DNA of 63,364 bases, the filler included, from Diploschistes diacapsis (lineage: Eukaryota): the NCBI GenBank assembly GCA_023645945.1. It is 21 parts of 21 records of this genome, joined end to end, with 100 filler letters (N's around TTAATTAATTAA, not from the genome) between each part and the next. Parts side by side here need not be neighbours in the genome. Positions count along the whole stretch, not along the records: positions 1 to 1,887 come from JALAIB010002528.1; positions 1,988 to 3,871 come from JALAIB010002529.1; positions 3,972 to 27,780 come from JALAIB010000253.1; 18 more parts are not named here. One strand, written 5' to 3'. Shown one piece after another: positions 1-11,720 of the stretch. Within the stretch, counting starts at the first letter, position 1, and the number at the start of each line of letters is the position of its first letter. The notes under the pieces were generated by a model, which was given only the letters and a program-made list of their open reading frames with translations, was not told the DNA's origin and ran no database searches. The position numbers were made by a program, and so were the translations under genes.

Positions 1-146
1 CGGACACGGACACCGTAATTAAAAAATTTAAAACACGGATATTAATACGGATACTGCATTTCCGTGAATCCACGGACACGGACACCGCAGCAAAAAAATC
101 TAAAACACGGACACTGACACTGTCAGTGTCAGTGACGGCCAGCCTA
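1..146 (+). mobile_element. hAT-like MITE family (GACACG-rich), right end
   Basis: ACACGGACAC internal repeats ending in TIR ACGGCCAGCCTA, as in the complete copy at 57809-58053. Confidence 0.8.
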
Positions 147-1482
147 GTTTATAAACGATAATTTTAACGATATAATCGATTTTGTTTCTTATTACGTGGA
201 CGATCTATTAGTGTTCTCGAATAATAAAACGACTTATCGAGAATACGTACGACGGGTGTTATAGCATTTTCGGGAGATAGACCTGAATGTGGATATTTTT
301 AAGATCGAGTTCGATATTATCGAAGTTAAGTATTTCAGTCTGAGTATTATTTCGAGGGGCGTAAAGATGGACTTTAAGAAGATTGAAGTTAAAAAAAATT
401 AACCTCGGTTTAAATTAAGTACAGAAACGAACGTTATACGGAGCTATTTAGGGTTCGTTAACTTCTATCGACGGTTTATCTTTAATTTTTATAAGGTCGT
501 TAAATATTTTTATGATTTAATTAAGATAGACACCACCGGAGTTTAGGGGGAGAAAGAAATAAAAATATTTAATGTTTTAAAGAAGGCCGTGTCTTTTAAA
601 CCCGTAGTAACGTATTTCGATCTTAATAAACGATCTTTAATAGAATATAACGTTAGCGACATTATTATTAGGGATATTTTATCTTAAGAAACCGATAACG
701 GTTGATTATAATTTATCGTTTATCTATTTAAAAATATAGATCCCGCGTAACGTAACTATACGATCTACGATAAAAAACTGTTCGTTATAATTAAATGTTT
801 CGAGAAATAGAAGCCCGTGGAACATCCTGAACGTTTGTGGGTTCAAGGGTTGAACCTTGGTAGGGCTGGTAGGGCTGGCACCCAGTATTTATATGTGCCC
901 TGCTCCCACCTAGATAGTTCCTCCTTCACCTTTTCGAATCTGAACCATTCAGCCTACAGATTGCAGCTACACGTGATCCTTCCAGAGTAGGCTCAGCCCC
1001 TGGTTGTGTAGTATTCCTGTAGGGGCGTTCTAGCCCGAGTTATTAATTTTTTTAATTAATCGGTTTATTTTAGTATTAATCGATTATAAGGTTCTCGAGT
1101 ACTTTATTATAAATAAATAATTAAACCGTAGGTAGGCCCGTTGGGCGGAATTCTTGTCTTAGTTCGACTTTAAGATTTAATATTGCTTCGGAATAAAGAA
1201 CGTAAAAGTCGATTTATTAATTAAAGAATTTAACACGAGCGAAGCCCTTAGAGCTAAGAAGGATCTTTATATATAACAGACGCTGATCAAGCCCGAACAG
1301 TTTTCTGAAAAAATTAAGCGGGATCTGAACATACATGGCTTAAACAAAAAGGATAACGCTTTTAAAACGTTAGAGGCAGCCACGGACGACCCGAATATTA
1401 TTAAAGTATTTATTCTAGTTATCGAAATCATACCCGCGGATAAGATCCCGACGATAATTAAAAAGGTAAAAGACGTTAATCG
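147..1482 (+). mobile_element. RIP-degenerate Ty3/Gypsy pol fragment (RT-RNase H), interrupted by a solo LTR
   Basis: Degenerate YVDDLL RT motif, LGFVNFYRRFI and RNYTIYDKKL motifs, many TAA/TAG stops. Confidence 0.85.
818..1032 (+). mobile_element. Solo LTR (family A) with 5-bp TSD GCCCG
   Basis: TGGAAC...GTTCTA termini; GCCCG at 813-817 and 1033-1037; related copies at 47685-47833 and 48829-49472. Confidence 0.85.
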
Positions 1483-1887
1483 TAGGCTGGCCGTTTCGTG
1501 CCACGGACACTGACACGGACACCGCAGCAAAAATTTTCTCGGCACGGATACTGATACGGATACTACACTACGATAAAAGCACGAACACGGACACCGTAGC
1601 AAAAATTTTTAAAACACGGACATTAACACGGACATTATATTATAATAAATCCATTAACACGGATATTACGATTAAAAATTTTAAAACACGGATATTAATA
1701 CGGACATTATATTATAATAAAAACACGAATACGAACATTATAATTAATAATAAATTTATAAAAATACCGCAGTATAATTTTTTAAAAAAATAAAAGCGTG
1801 AGAAATAAACGTAATAATTCTAAAATTATTAAAATTAAAAAATTATTTAAAAGTGTTTCGGTGAATGCACGGACACGGATATTATAA
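1483..1887 (+). mobile_element. hAT-like MITE family, left part (cut by gap)
   Basis: Starts with TIR TAGGCTGGCCGT followed by GACACGGACAC repeats. Confidence 0.8.
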
Positions 1888-1987
1888 NNNNNNNNNNNNN
1901 NNNNNNNNNNNNNNNNNNNNNNNNNNNNNNNTTAATTAATTAANNNNNNNNNNNNNNNNNNNNNNNNNNNNNNNNNNNNNNNNNNNN
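1888..1987. other. Artificial contig linker (first of 20)
   Basis: 44 N + TTAATTAATTAA (stops in all six frames) + 44 N, repeated identically through the window. Confidence 0.97.
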
Positions 1988-2687
1988 TTCTTCGGAACGT
2001 TTACGTAGCGTGACGGATTTATAGCGTAATTATAAATAAATATAATATATTTATTTTTCGTGTATTATTAGTTATTATAAATTATTTTCGATATTCCGTT
2101 ATAAATAATCTTTAATATTTAAATAAAAATTAAAATCGAAGATATTTCGTGACGTTAGTAACGTGCTCGTTAGATACGGCTCGTTTACGAGTAATATACG
2201 TTTTATATTCCGTTTCGATTGTCGGAGACGTAATTTAAATTTTTAGATTTGTTATTTCCGTAATTAAATTTTGGATTCTTTTTTGTTTTAATAATTTTTC
2301 GCGTTTTTTTTAAGGTGGGAGATACGTTCTTGATTGGATCGCGAAGGGTCTGCGTCCGATAGATATTTTTTTCGGTAATAGAATTTTAAGATTAATTTTT
2401 TTCGTCTGATTTAAAAATTTCGACGGCGACGCGTTTCCTTTCGATGATTTCTTTTTTTCGCGAGACCTTTACGGCTATTAACCGTGGAGATTCCGTTAAT
2501 ATCTCGTTATGTATTAATAATTCCCGTCGGGATGAAATAACGGTATCCGTTAGATCTACGGCTGCTATCGATTTTCTAATATCTCGAAATATAGTCGCGG
2601 TTTTTCGTTTTTTTCTCGTTATTTTATCGGATTACTATTTTATTAAAAAAAGATTAAAATTATAAAGAATAAAATATAATAATATAC
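1988..2687 (-). repeat. RIP-degenerate repeat, probably retroelement 5'/gag region; 2193-2687 recurs at 27881-28380
   Basis: Near-identical sequence in two contigs, differing mainly by C>T/G>A transitions. Confidence 0.6.
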
Positions 2688-2689
2688 CA

Positions 2690-3871
2690 CCTTGGTGGAA
2701 ATGTGTGAGGATAGAAGACTTCGAACAACGGGTATAGGATTTGCGGACGATCTGAATATTATCGCTTACGGCCTAATAACGGAAGGTAACTGTATCGCGC
2801 TCGGGGAACTATACGACCGATTAATCAAAAAAATAAAAAAGCTTGGATTCGCGTTTACCCCTTAAAAATACGAGCTGATCTATTTCGCAAGAAAGAAAAA
2901 ACGCCATAATATAACGGCCACGTTACGGATAAAGGACGATACCTTACCGTTTATAATTTACGTAAGGGTTCTCGAAATTATTATCGATATAAAACTTAAA
3001 TAAAAAGAATATTTATAAAAAACGAAAAATAAGACGAACGAAACGTACTCGACGTTAACGCGGATCGCGGTATCGACGTAAAAAATATTTTTACGGGACG
3101 CGCGTCAAGTATATTACGCAAAAATAAGAACGAATATATTATACGGAAGCGAAATATAGGCGGAACCGTGACGACCTAAACCCGAAAAAAAAAAAAAAAG
3201 CTCGAACGCTTTTAAAATCGCGCGTTTCGTATAATCACGAGGGCGTATAAACCGACCCCGATCGCGAGATTAAAATTCGAGATTTATATATCCCCGACGG
3301 ATCTTTATTTAATCGATATAACGGCGCGTATTTATCGAAAACTCGAAATTAACGGAATAATAACGGAAATTAAAAAACGATGCGTAACGATAACGAAAAG
3401 ATTACAATCAAAACGCGAACGGAAAACGGAAATCAAATTAACATTAATTCAACTTCGGGCGGCATAAATAAACGAAAAAAAAAAAGAAAAAGGAATAAAA
3501 AAATAAATAAAAAAAGAATAAATAAAAAAGATAAAAAAATAAAAAAAAAAGAAAACCAACGGAAGGAACCCGGAAAAAAAGCGAAAAAAAGATATCGTTA
3601 TAGCACCGAAGGGCCGTAAGATTCTCGATTTACACCGAAAATTAAGAAAAATAAAAAATTTAATAGCGATTTAAATAAAAACCGGTATAAACGAATTAAA
3701 TAAATGTTTTAAAAAATAGAACGTCCCCGAAATTGAATTACTAAAATACCGCTATAGCGACGGATTAAAAACGATCCGAAATATAATTATTTTTTACATT
3801 CTATATAATAAAAAAAAATTAAAAAATTAAAAAAAATTAGACTAAAAATGATTAATAATAAACCTATAAAG
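2690..3871 (+). mobile_element. RIP-degenerate LINE (Tad-like) reverse transcriptase fragment
   Basis: GFADDLNI...GFAFTP*KYELIYF motif typical of fungal non-LTR RTs; many stops. Confidence 0.8.
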
Positions 3872-3971
3872 NNNNNNNNNNNNNNNNNNNNNNNNNNNNN
3901 NNNNNNNNNNNNNNNTTAATTAATTAANNNNNNNNNNNNNNNNNNNNNNNNNNNNNNNNNNNNNNNNNNNN

Positions 3972-4079
3972 ATTTATAACTGTTCTATCTTCTTCTCCTG
4001 CCACATTCTTCTTCTAATAGAGACCAAACCTATCTTAATCCTACTCGTGTATATCTTGTATAGATAGAGATCATAACAT
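3972..4079 (+). mobile_element. LTR family B, 3' end
   Basis: Ends AGATAGAGATCATAACA; same end near 41549, 42165, 43087 and 60170, and inverted near 35537. Confidence 0.75.
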
Positions 4080-4278
4080 ATATATTGTCGCGAAAATATT
4101 AAGAATGACGTATTTTATATTACGTAAGCGTTAATATTCGCGGCGTGAGAGCTTTAGCGAATTTTTAACGCTAGTTATCCGGCGCTAAATTAGCGGATTT
4201 TTTAATATTTTTTTCGAAAAAATATTTTTTTTAAAATATTAAAAAAATGCTTTTTAATTTTTTGATTACGTAATAAAA

Positions 4279-4476
4279 ATGATTGGCCTCGCCATCTTCG
4301 CCGGTTTCGCTAGTTTCGCTAGTTTTGCTAGGTTTCGCCAGTTTTGCCAGTTTCGCCAGTTTCGCCCGTTTCGCTATGTTTCGCCAAACGTTTTGGCGAA
4401 AGCTGGCGAAATGGGCGAAACCCGCGAAACAGGCACTTTCGCCAGAAATTTTTTTTTGCTTGAAAAACTTTTCGTG
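4279..4476 (+). repeat. Unclassified repeat with tandem TTTCGCC-like units
   Basis: About 9-bp unit tandem array; homologous inverted copy at 31415-31590; matching end ACTTTTCGTG at 29865-29886. Confidence 0.65.
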
Positions 4477-5989
4477 GTGAACTTTTTATGATTTACATGG
4501 ATGTATCGGAGATAACACGCTTATAACGCAGTATGGCTCGTATATATAATACATATTAATTACTATGGGAACTAGATATGAGCTAAACAGTTTAACAAAC
4601 ACACTATATGTGACCGGGATGGGGAGCAGGTGGTGCTCCCGAATCGCCCTGGGTTGGAGAGATACAAGTAGACTGACTAACGTGATAATGATGTGAATCA
4701 TGTGATATGTTACTGCGCCCACCTTCAACTCCAACTCCCTTCTTCTTCTTCTTCCTCCTTCATCATCCTTCCTTCACTCTTCTCTTCTCCTTCTTTGACC
4801 TCCACATAGCAACAGCAACAGCAACAGTAACGGTGACGGCCCCCATGATTTCATCTTGAAACTGCCTCTGTAAGTGCTGTCATGCAGTCACTGCGGATCA
4901 ACATAAATACAAGCGGTGAACGACCATCCTGCTCGCTATGCCTCGCTACAAACAGTCGTTTAGAAACAATCGCTCTCGCTACGGGAAGGCTTAGCTGTAG
5001 GGATGCAACCTTGGCTGCTCCATGCTCACAACGCTCAGATGGATCGTCTCGCGCTAGATGGGAAGTTGTTCAGGCTAAACATGCATGCAGGTACAGTCGG
5101 CCCCTCTACCCAACGCACTCGATGGGCCATCCCGTTTCATTCATCCATCGACAGTGCTCAACCTGTTGATGGCAAGCGTGGCAGACTCCGAACCCAGCGT
5201 CACATCGCCGCAAATGTTCTGCTGTCACCCTATCTCCTACTACCACAACTGTCTCACTCACTGTCTCACACTCATTCTGCCTTGTCTATTGGTTTCTTTT
5301 CTTTTCGCAAATCAGGTAGAAACATCGTGACTTCGCAGCAAATGCCAATGCTTCCTGGGTTGGCAGCGCCGCTGATTTTAGTCATGTGTATACAAGCGTA
5401 CTTGCCACGCCAAACCCTTCCATGTTTGTTCCATCACTTTGTTCATGAAGCTGGGAGGACAAAGTTGTTGGCCATGCCAATCCACTGTGTTGAGCACCGC
5501 TCCCAGTGTCAGTTGGTACACATACATCAGTCTTATGTATGCATTTATTAAAGTCGTGAACCAAGTGTGACTAAGTAACTGGTCCTTGTTGTACAACGAT
5601 ATAACCGCATACGCTGCTTTGCAATGCACATTGACGAACAATGTCTGCAAGATCTTGAAACATGTTCCGTATCTAATCCATTCCAGGGGCACTCCGGATG
5701 CATTTCTTCGGCATGATACGCATGGTGTGATTTGAGCCTAGTGTCTGCGCATCATTTACAAATTATGGCTACTACCACGCGGCACACCGCCGTGGGTTAC
5801 ATCGCCTACTGAGCTCTTGGCCATGCTCGACTGGCGCAATTCGGGGGGCTTAACCCGTCAAAACGGTCGCTTTCCCCTGGCCTTGTGCATATAACGTTGT
5901 CTGCACACAACTTCCCGAGTTTGCTGAGAGGTTGATAAGTATGCCTGACCGTACGACCGCTCGAGACTTGTAGCTCTCCCAGTGTCATC

Positions 5990-8900
5990 ATGGGCTCGAA
6001 CGGCGATGCGGAGGTTCGGGCGAAGGTCACCTATAACCGTATCCTCAAGAAACTGCCAAAGGACAAGCAGCACTTGCTCGAAGAACCGATCGCGGCTGGC
6101 GACGGTCTCACAGACCAGACATATGCTGACTGGATTATCGACAAGGGCCAGAGGCTCTTTCTGATCCTCGATGACTTGGGATGCCCGGAACGGATATTCG
6201 ACGTTGTCGACAAATTCATCGAGGATACGGATCTTCCGCTTCGTCGGGAAGACGTAGCAAAGCTCGGCTTGACGCACTGTACCCAGGAGGGAAAGTTTTA
6301 TCATCGACAATTCGCCTACGTGGCCGAGAAGCTGGGTCAGGCCAGCGTGGAACAGCAAGCGAAATATCGTTCTCCCGTGAGCGTATCTTCTCGTACAAAG
6401 GGTACCACGGAAACAGCAGACTGTGTCTACGTTGGAGAATGGGAGTTGGCCAGATGGCGAATCCCTTTGAACGGCAACAGTCCGCAGGACAGGAACAATT
6501 TCACAATGCATTACAGGACACTGCAGGATCTTCGGCACCTACATCTTGTCCATATATTTGCAACATCCCTACAGAAAGACAATGGCGCTGTTCTGCTTGC
6601 CCCGTACGAGATGAGCTTGAGGTCATTCCTCAAAGAGCAGTCCAAGGACTTTAAGCAGAAGACGAAGGTTGCCCAGCTTGACCTCCTACTCCAATGGATC
6701 CGATGCCTAATTGGCGTTACGGCCTATCTGCACGAGCAGGGCCTATCTCACCAGGCCATCCGACCCTCCAATATTTTCGTGACAGCAGACAGCAACATCC
6801 TTCTCGGCCCACACGCAGGGCCCCTGACCCCCACGGAAGAATGTCCGTCGATTGCCAAAAATGCATACTTGGCACCGGAACAATGGGCTTCGCGATCGTT
6901 ACCGGTAGATCAAGCGAAAAAGCGTCTGAGCTTGCACCGGAGGTCAAGGTCCGTCCCTCGTCTCGCGCACTCCCGGAGGCCTTCGCATGCTTCCTTTCGA
7001 ACTCTGCCGCCTCATGAGACATTGGCATTCACAACGCCAGCGGCTAGAAACCGTCAGCACTCATCAGATGCCGGTCTCAGCCCGCATCTCCCCGTCAGCC
7101 GCTACCTGAAAGAGTCGAAAAGGGTGTCTGCATCTTGCACAGATAGTTCCAAACCTCTTCCGCCAAGTCCCCAGCAAACCCCTACAAGCCTGCACATTGC
7201 CCAGCAATACTCCCCTGCGTCGGGACACAGGCGGCGAGCCTCCTTTACCAGCTCTACAAGCAGCTTAACATCTCTCCAATCCGACATTTTCTCGTTATCG
7301 GCAGTCATCATCGAGATCCTGTCCCTCTTTGCTTGCATCGCCCGCTCGTCCGCAAAATTCTCTACCGGTTTTCTCCATTCCCACCTAGAAAAGAATCGTG
7401 GCGCCAGCCGCAGAGGAGAAGAACCATCGTTCCAGTCCAGCCTTCCTCAAGTCAGTACCTGGCTGGACAGCTTAGCAGAAATGCCGGCTCCCAGCTCGCG
7501 CAAGAAGCTACCACGGCTCCTGATAGGTATGGGTGGCTCGAGGAGCAATTCAAATGATCTTGACCCTTCCCATTACGTTGGGGTCCTTCCATCTCTGATC
7601 AAGCTTGTCCGTCGAGGCATTGAAAGGAACCCTGATCTTCGGTATTCAGCTCCGGAAATGGGATCCCGAGCAGACGAACTCGTTCACATCTGGGGTATCT
7701 CCTTTGCCTGCGCTTGCTCCGAACCTGTTCCGCCGAAACTCCCTTTTACACCCCATACACCTATTCCGGCTGTCAGCCCCATGTCCACGAGAAGAGAAAC
7801 GCGAGTGATTCACGATGACGACGTGGACCTTCCTTCACCTTTGGAGCCACCGGGTGCTCGGTCAATAACCAGATTAGGCAATACGCTTCCACCTGTGCCT
7901 ACCATTCCCCCATCTTTGCGACCTGGAATCCCTAAAACCACCTGCGACGGATCGTCGCCAACATTCACTGTCACGCCATTGATGCGGGCGGCTAATGCCG
8001 AGCCCACTCTCGCCCGCTGCCCCTATGCAACTGAATGGGCTGAATTTGACTTGGAAACAGATGGTTTGTTGGATCGCAGCAGCCTTGTTTCATCACCGAG
8101 CGATACGCACCTCCCGCAGTTTCCTGATTCTGGCGGTTCCACAATGGCGGTGCCAATACTTTGCTCAAGGCTGAACGTGATACTGCGTCTTGCAGCATCA
8201 ATGCCAGCAGCGCACCTCAAGGAGTCCGATACTTCGCCGCCAAATTTTGAACCGGCCGAGCCGCTATCGGTCCCTACCGCCACTCCTACTATTTCGCCCC
8301 AGCTACATGCAAAAGGCGTTCAACAGCTCCAGCCGCACTCACAATTGCAGGCTCTCGGGCTTCCGCCTGCTGAGAATGACTTACCCTCATGCTCATCTGA
8401 CTCGGTTGCTTCCTCTGCTGAGGATGCTTGCTGGCTGCCACCGACTCCCACATCTACTCTTTTCCATCCAACTGTATACGCAATGGCCGCTGCCGCTTGG
8501 GATGAAGACACTATGGATTCTTCGAGTGTCGATCCGCTCAGTCTCGCTGCGGTCGAGCGGAAAGACAGCGACGTTCCGATCTCTCCCAATTCTGTCCTCC
8601 TGCCAGCGAATTCCGTACACGCATTCGATAATGAAGGAGTTTTCCTGCCCATATATCTACCTCCATCGGATAGCCAAGAGTCGCAAGATCCGTTTCGGCT
8701 CCCGTTTTTCAGCCGTAGTGCCCCTGCTGTTGTCAATGATGCGTCTTCATCGGTCTACTCTGACGATGACGTGCTGTCTATTTACTCCGACGACGAACAA
8801 TCCGTTATTATTGCCCTCGATGCTTACGTACTTCCGAGACCACTTCGTTCTTCCGGCCAATCCGCTGGCTCAATCAATAGTTTGAGGCACATCTCGTCAG

Positions 8901-9277
8901 ACCACAGAGACCGCTCAGCCAAATCATCCAGCCTGCGCAGGTCTCGCACATGGGCTAACATGGGGACCGGGTTGGGGCTCAAGGTTGGCATGGGTGTCGG
9001 GGAAGATATTGGACGGGCAAGGTTCCGCGGTCGTTGGGAGGAACGTCTGGCGAGGAAGGGAACAGTGACCGCCGTGAAGCCACTGGCCCACCGTGAGGGC
9101 GGCCTACCAGCTTCGGGACCCGTAACAGGGCCTGCAGCACTGACCGAAATTCGAGGACAACCAGATAGCCCCACGATTGCGGTGCTGCCAGCTAATCAGG
9201 GACTCGTCTATGATGAAACTTGTGGAGAGAGAGAGATCAGTGAGCGCAGGAAGAGCCGGTGGTGGGGCTATGGATAG
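5990..9277 (+). CDS. Protein kinase-like (probable pseudokinase) with long Ser/Pro-rich tail, 1095 aa
   Basis: Single long ORF with HLHLV, AYLH...HQAIRPSNIF, YLAPEQW and SDIFSLS kinase subdomain remnants. Confidence 0.8.
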   Translation: MGSNGDAEVRAKVTYNRILKKLPKDKQHLLEEPIAAGDGLTDQTYADWIIDKGQRLFLILDDLGCPERIFDVVDKFIEDTDLPLRREDVAKLGLTHCTQEGKFYHRQFAYVAEKLGQASVEQQAKYRSPVSVSSRTKGTTETADCVYVGEWELARWRIPLNGNSPQDRNNFTMHYRTLQDLRHLHLVHIFATSLQKDNGAVLLAPYEMSLRSFLKEQSKDFKQKTKVAQLDLLLQWIRCLIGVTAYLHEQGLSHQAIRPSNIFVTADSNILLGPHAGPLTPTEECPSIAKNAYLAPEQWASRSLPVDQAKKRLSLHRRSRSVPRLAHSRRPSHASFRTLPPHETLAFTTPAARNRQHSSDAGLSPHLPVSRYLKESKRVSASCTDSSKPLPPSPQQTPTSLHIAQQYSPASGHRRRASFTSSTSSLTSLQSDIFSLSAVIIEILSLFACIARSSAKFSTGFLHSHLEKNRGASRRGEEPSFQSSLPQVSTWLDSLAEMPAPSSRKKLPRLLIGMGGSRSNSNDLDPSHYVGVLPSLIKLVRRGIERNPDLRYSAPEMGSRADELVHIWGISFACACSEPVPPKLPFTPHTPIPAVSPMSTRRETRVIHDDDVDLPSPLEPPGARSITRLGNTLPPVPTIPPSLRPGIPKTTCDGSSPTFTVTPLMRAANAEPTLARCPYATEWAEFDLETDGLLDRSSLVSSPSDTHLPQFPDSGGSTMAVPILCSRLNVILRLAASMPAAHLKESDTSPPNFEPAEPLSVPTATPTISPQLHAKGVQQLQPHSQLQALGLPPAENDLPSCSSDSVASSAEDACWLPPTPTSTLFHPTVYAMAAAAWDEDTMDSSSVDPLSLAAVERKDSDVPISPNSVLLPANSVHAFDNEGVFLPIYLPPSDSQESQDPFRLPFFSRSAPAVVNDASSSVYSDDDVLSIYSDDEQSVIIALDAYVLPRPLRSSGQSAGSINSLRHISSDHRDRSAKSSSLRRSRTWANMGTGLGLKVGMGVGEDIGRARFRGRWEERLARKGTVTAVKPLAHREGGLPASGPVTGPAALTEIRGQPDSPTIAVLPANQGLVYDETCGEREISERRKSRWWGYG

Positions 9278-9947
9278 GAAAGGTCATACCGCGAGCCTAC
9301 TGGATTGCAAGGAGCGAAGAGAGTCAGAAGAGAGAGCGGAAGGAGATGGAAAGACTCGGCATGCCTGGATTTGGCAGCACGAGAAGCAAGCCATAACAAG
9401 AGCATACATAGAATCAGTCTTCCAGGGAGCGTAACATCTGTCATGAATAGCATGGTGGACATTATCTATCTATCAAGTCTTTGATAAGGGGTCAGTTTAT
9501 GTCTATACGCCTTTTTTTAATAATTCTCAATTGATTCCACGAACGCAGTTCTGGAAGCTATAAGATACAGCAGACTCTTTCGAAGTAAAGCCTAATTAAT
9601 GGAAATAATTTGATCTAAAGAGCGCTGGTTCATTGCTCATATCTGGGCGAGCAACTTTCTGTAACATCACGATCTTATAAGTGCAGAACAAAATTCGGCT
9701 CTATAGCTGACCAATCAAATCATTATTATCATTATCATATTTATCCTATAACAGTCTTTCTATAAGCTTCTAAATGTTTCGTTCAGAATAGTTGCTCCAG
9801 CAGTAAGACCTAGGGTTGACCAAACTACGCCTCGACAAATTCTAGTAGATTCTTCACATGATTAGCTTTACTTTCGAGGCGAAAAGGAGACTCTTAGAAT
9901 TATACTTGCCTAACGGTAAAAGCATGATATAAGTAGCTCGAGCCACA

Positions 9948-10871
9948 ATGCCAGCATCGTCGAATTCAGCGGCCACCGGCGACTCTTTCACTATGCTACC
10001 CGACAACGACCTTGATTCCATCGGCTCTCATTGCCACTACGAATACTGCAACCAGCTTGATTTTCTCCCGTTTCGGTGTGAGTCGTGCAAGGAAACTTAC
10101 TGCCTCGACCATCGGACGGAAACAGCTCATGCCTGTCCGAATTTGGGCGCATGGGCGGTAGCCCGCCGCGCTGCCGGATCGCAATACTCTTCGACGACAC
10201 CCCTATTCCAGAAGCCCACCGTCGTGACTGGCACACAGTGCTCGCATCCACAGTGCAAATCTCTAATACACACCCACACTTCGGTCGGCGTACAGTGTCC
10301 GACATGCAATCGTTCATACTGTCTCAAGCACCGCCTGAAGGAGGAACACTCGTGCTCGACGCTCACGCCTCTTGGCGCCCGACCCGCCGCTGCTGGTCTC
10401 ACCCAGGCCCAGAAGGCTCTCGAAAGGCTGAGAGCATGGGGCAAGTCCAAGGCCGCTGGGGCTTCGACAGCGACCAACAAGCGCGTCAGTTCCGCTACCG
10501 CGCGCACCTTGGAGCTGAACAACCTCAAAAAAAATGCAAAGGGAGACGCCAAGATACCTTTGGAGAAACGCGTATACTTGCACGTGGAGGCCGAAGCCTC
10601 GACGACCTCGTCCAAGCTTCCCTCGGCTTCCTTCTTCTGCAGCAAAGAATGGAGCATAGGAAGAATGCTGGACGAAGCTGCCAAAGGCCTGCAGGTGGAG
10701 AACGTCAACAATCGCGGAGGCGGAGAAGAGACGAGATTACGCGTCTTTCACGTCGAGGGTGGCCGTCTGATGGAGTTCAGCGAGAAGGTAGGTCAGGGAC
10801 TGCAGGACGGCAACACGGTGGTATTGCTGAGGGGAGTGGGTCCTGCTGTTCCGGATCTTATTCAGTCATGA
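9948..10871 (+). CDS. AN1-type zinc finger protein (Cuz1/ZFAND1-like) with C-terminal ubiquitin-like region
   Basis: CNQLDFLPFRCESC...YCLDHR and a second C..C...YCLKHR finger; WSIGRMLD motif. Confidence 0.9.
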   Translation: MPASSNSAATGDSFTMLPDNDLDSIGSHCHYEYCNQLDFLPFRCESCKETYCLDHRTETAHACPNLGAWAVARRAAGSQYSSTTPLFQKPTVVTGTQCSHPQCKSLIHTHTSVGVQCPTCNRSYCLKHRLKEEHSCSTLTPLGARPAAAGLTQAQKALERLRAWGKSKAAGASTATNKRVSSATARTLELNNLKKNAKGDAKIPLEKRVYLHVEAEASTTSSKLPSASFFCSKEWSIGRMLDEAAKGLQVENVNNRGGGEETRLRVFHVEGGRLMEFSEKVGQGLQDGNTVVLLRGVGPAVPDLIQS

Positions 10872-11166
10872 TCTATGATACACACCCCACTCACGATCCA
10901 TGCCTGCGTTGAAATATTACATTGAACCGTTGGGACAAGGTCTTGTTTGGCATAGCGAGGAGTTTCAGACCTTTTGAAGCGATATTTAACGCGATTTCCG
11001 CAACACGAGATTGGATTCAGTATGGTCTAAAGTATAATAACTGAGACCTGGGTGATTTCAGCGTTTTGTACGAAAGAGCGACTACGTATGTTCCCATGTG
11101 TGTTATGATCCCATTCCGTCTTGATTGAAGTTTTCCCCTTCCCCGCCGTTCTCCTTGATGTCGAAT

Positions 11167-11720
11167 TCACTCGTCGATGATGAGCGTAGCATAACGGCTC
11201 ATGGCTTCAAAAGACTGCTCTTTGGTAATAGGCTTCCCTTCTTCCTGTATTTCCTGAAGGAAGAGGAAGTAATTGCAGTAGAAGGCAGGGGTGAAAGTAT
11301 TGAACATGCGCGCCTCCTCCTCAAAAGGATTGGAAAAGGTGTGCGGTGCTCCGGGAGGCACAACGACATAGTCACCGGCTTTGGCGTCGATATCCCCCTT
11401 GCCGGGAACGTGGAACCTTATAGTCCCTTGAGTGACCAGAAAAGTCTCGTCGTGCATGACATGCCAATGTGGAGGCGGTCCCGCGGACTTCGCGGCGATG
11501 ATGAACTCGGCCGCTCCAACACGGTTGTCTGAATGGCTTTAGTTATCTGATGTGCTGTTCGGGAAAGCTTCCAAGAATCAGTCAGCATACCGGTATTGGA
11601 ACCATCTTCAAGAATTCGCATCTTCGCCGGTCCCAATGGGAGCCATTTGCCACCTTCTTTGGTCACAACCGAGACCGGAACATTGGGGCATTCTTCCAGC
11701 TTGAAGCCTTTAACAGGCAT
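11167..11720 (-). CDS. Cupin-domain protein, 2 exons (11720-11591, 11528-11167), 163 aa
   Basis: GPPPHWH..HDETF and PPGAPHTFSN cupin motifs; a GT-AG intron joins the frames. Confidence 0.88.

Noticed and set aside
3380..3619. Lys-rich ORF
   Set aside because: G-to-A hypermutated LINE sequence.
4279..4491. FASFAS/QFRQF repeat proteins (also 31313-31607)
   Set aside because: By-products of a 9-bp DNA tandem repeat.
4882..5692. Several 60-182 aa ORFs upstream of the kinase-like gene
   Set aside because: Overlapping on both strands with no recognisable motifs or splice model; cannot be supported.
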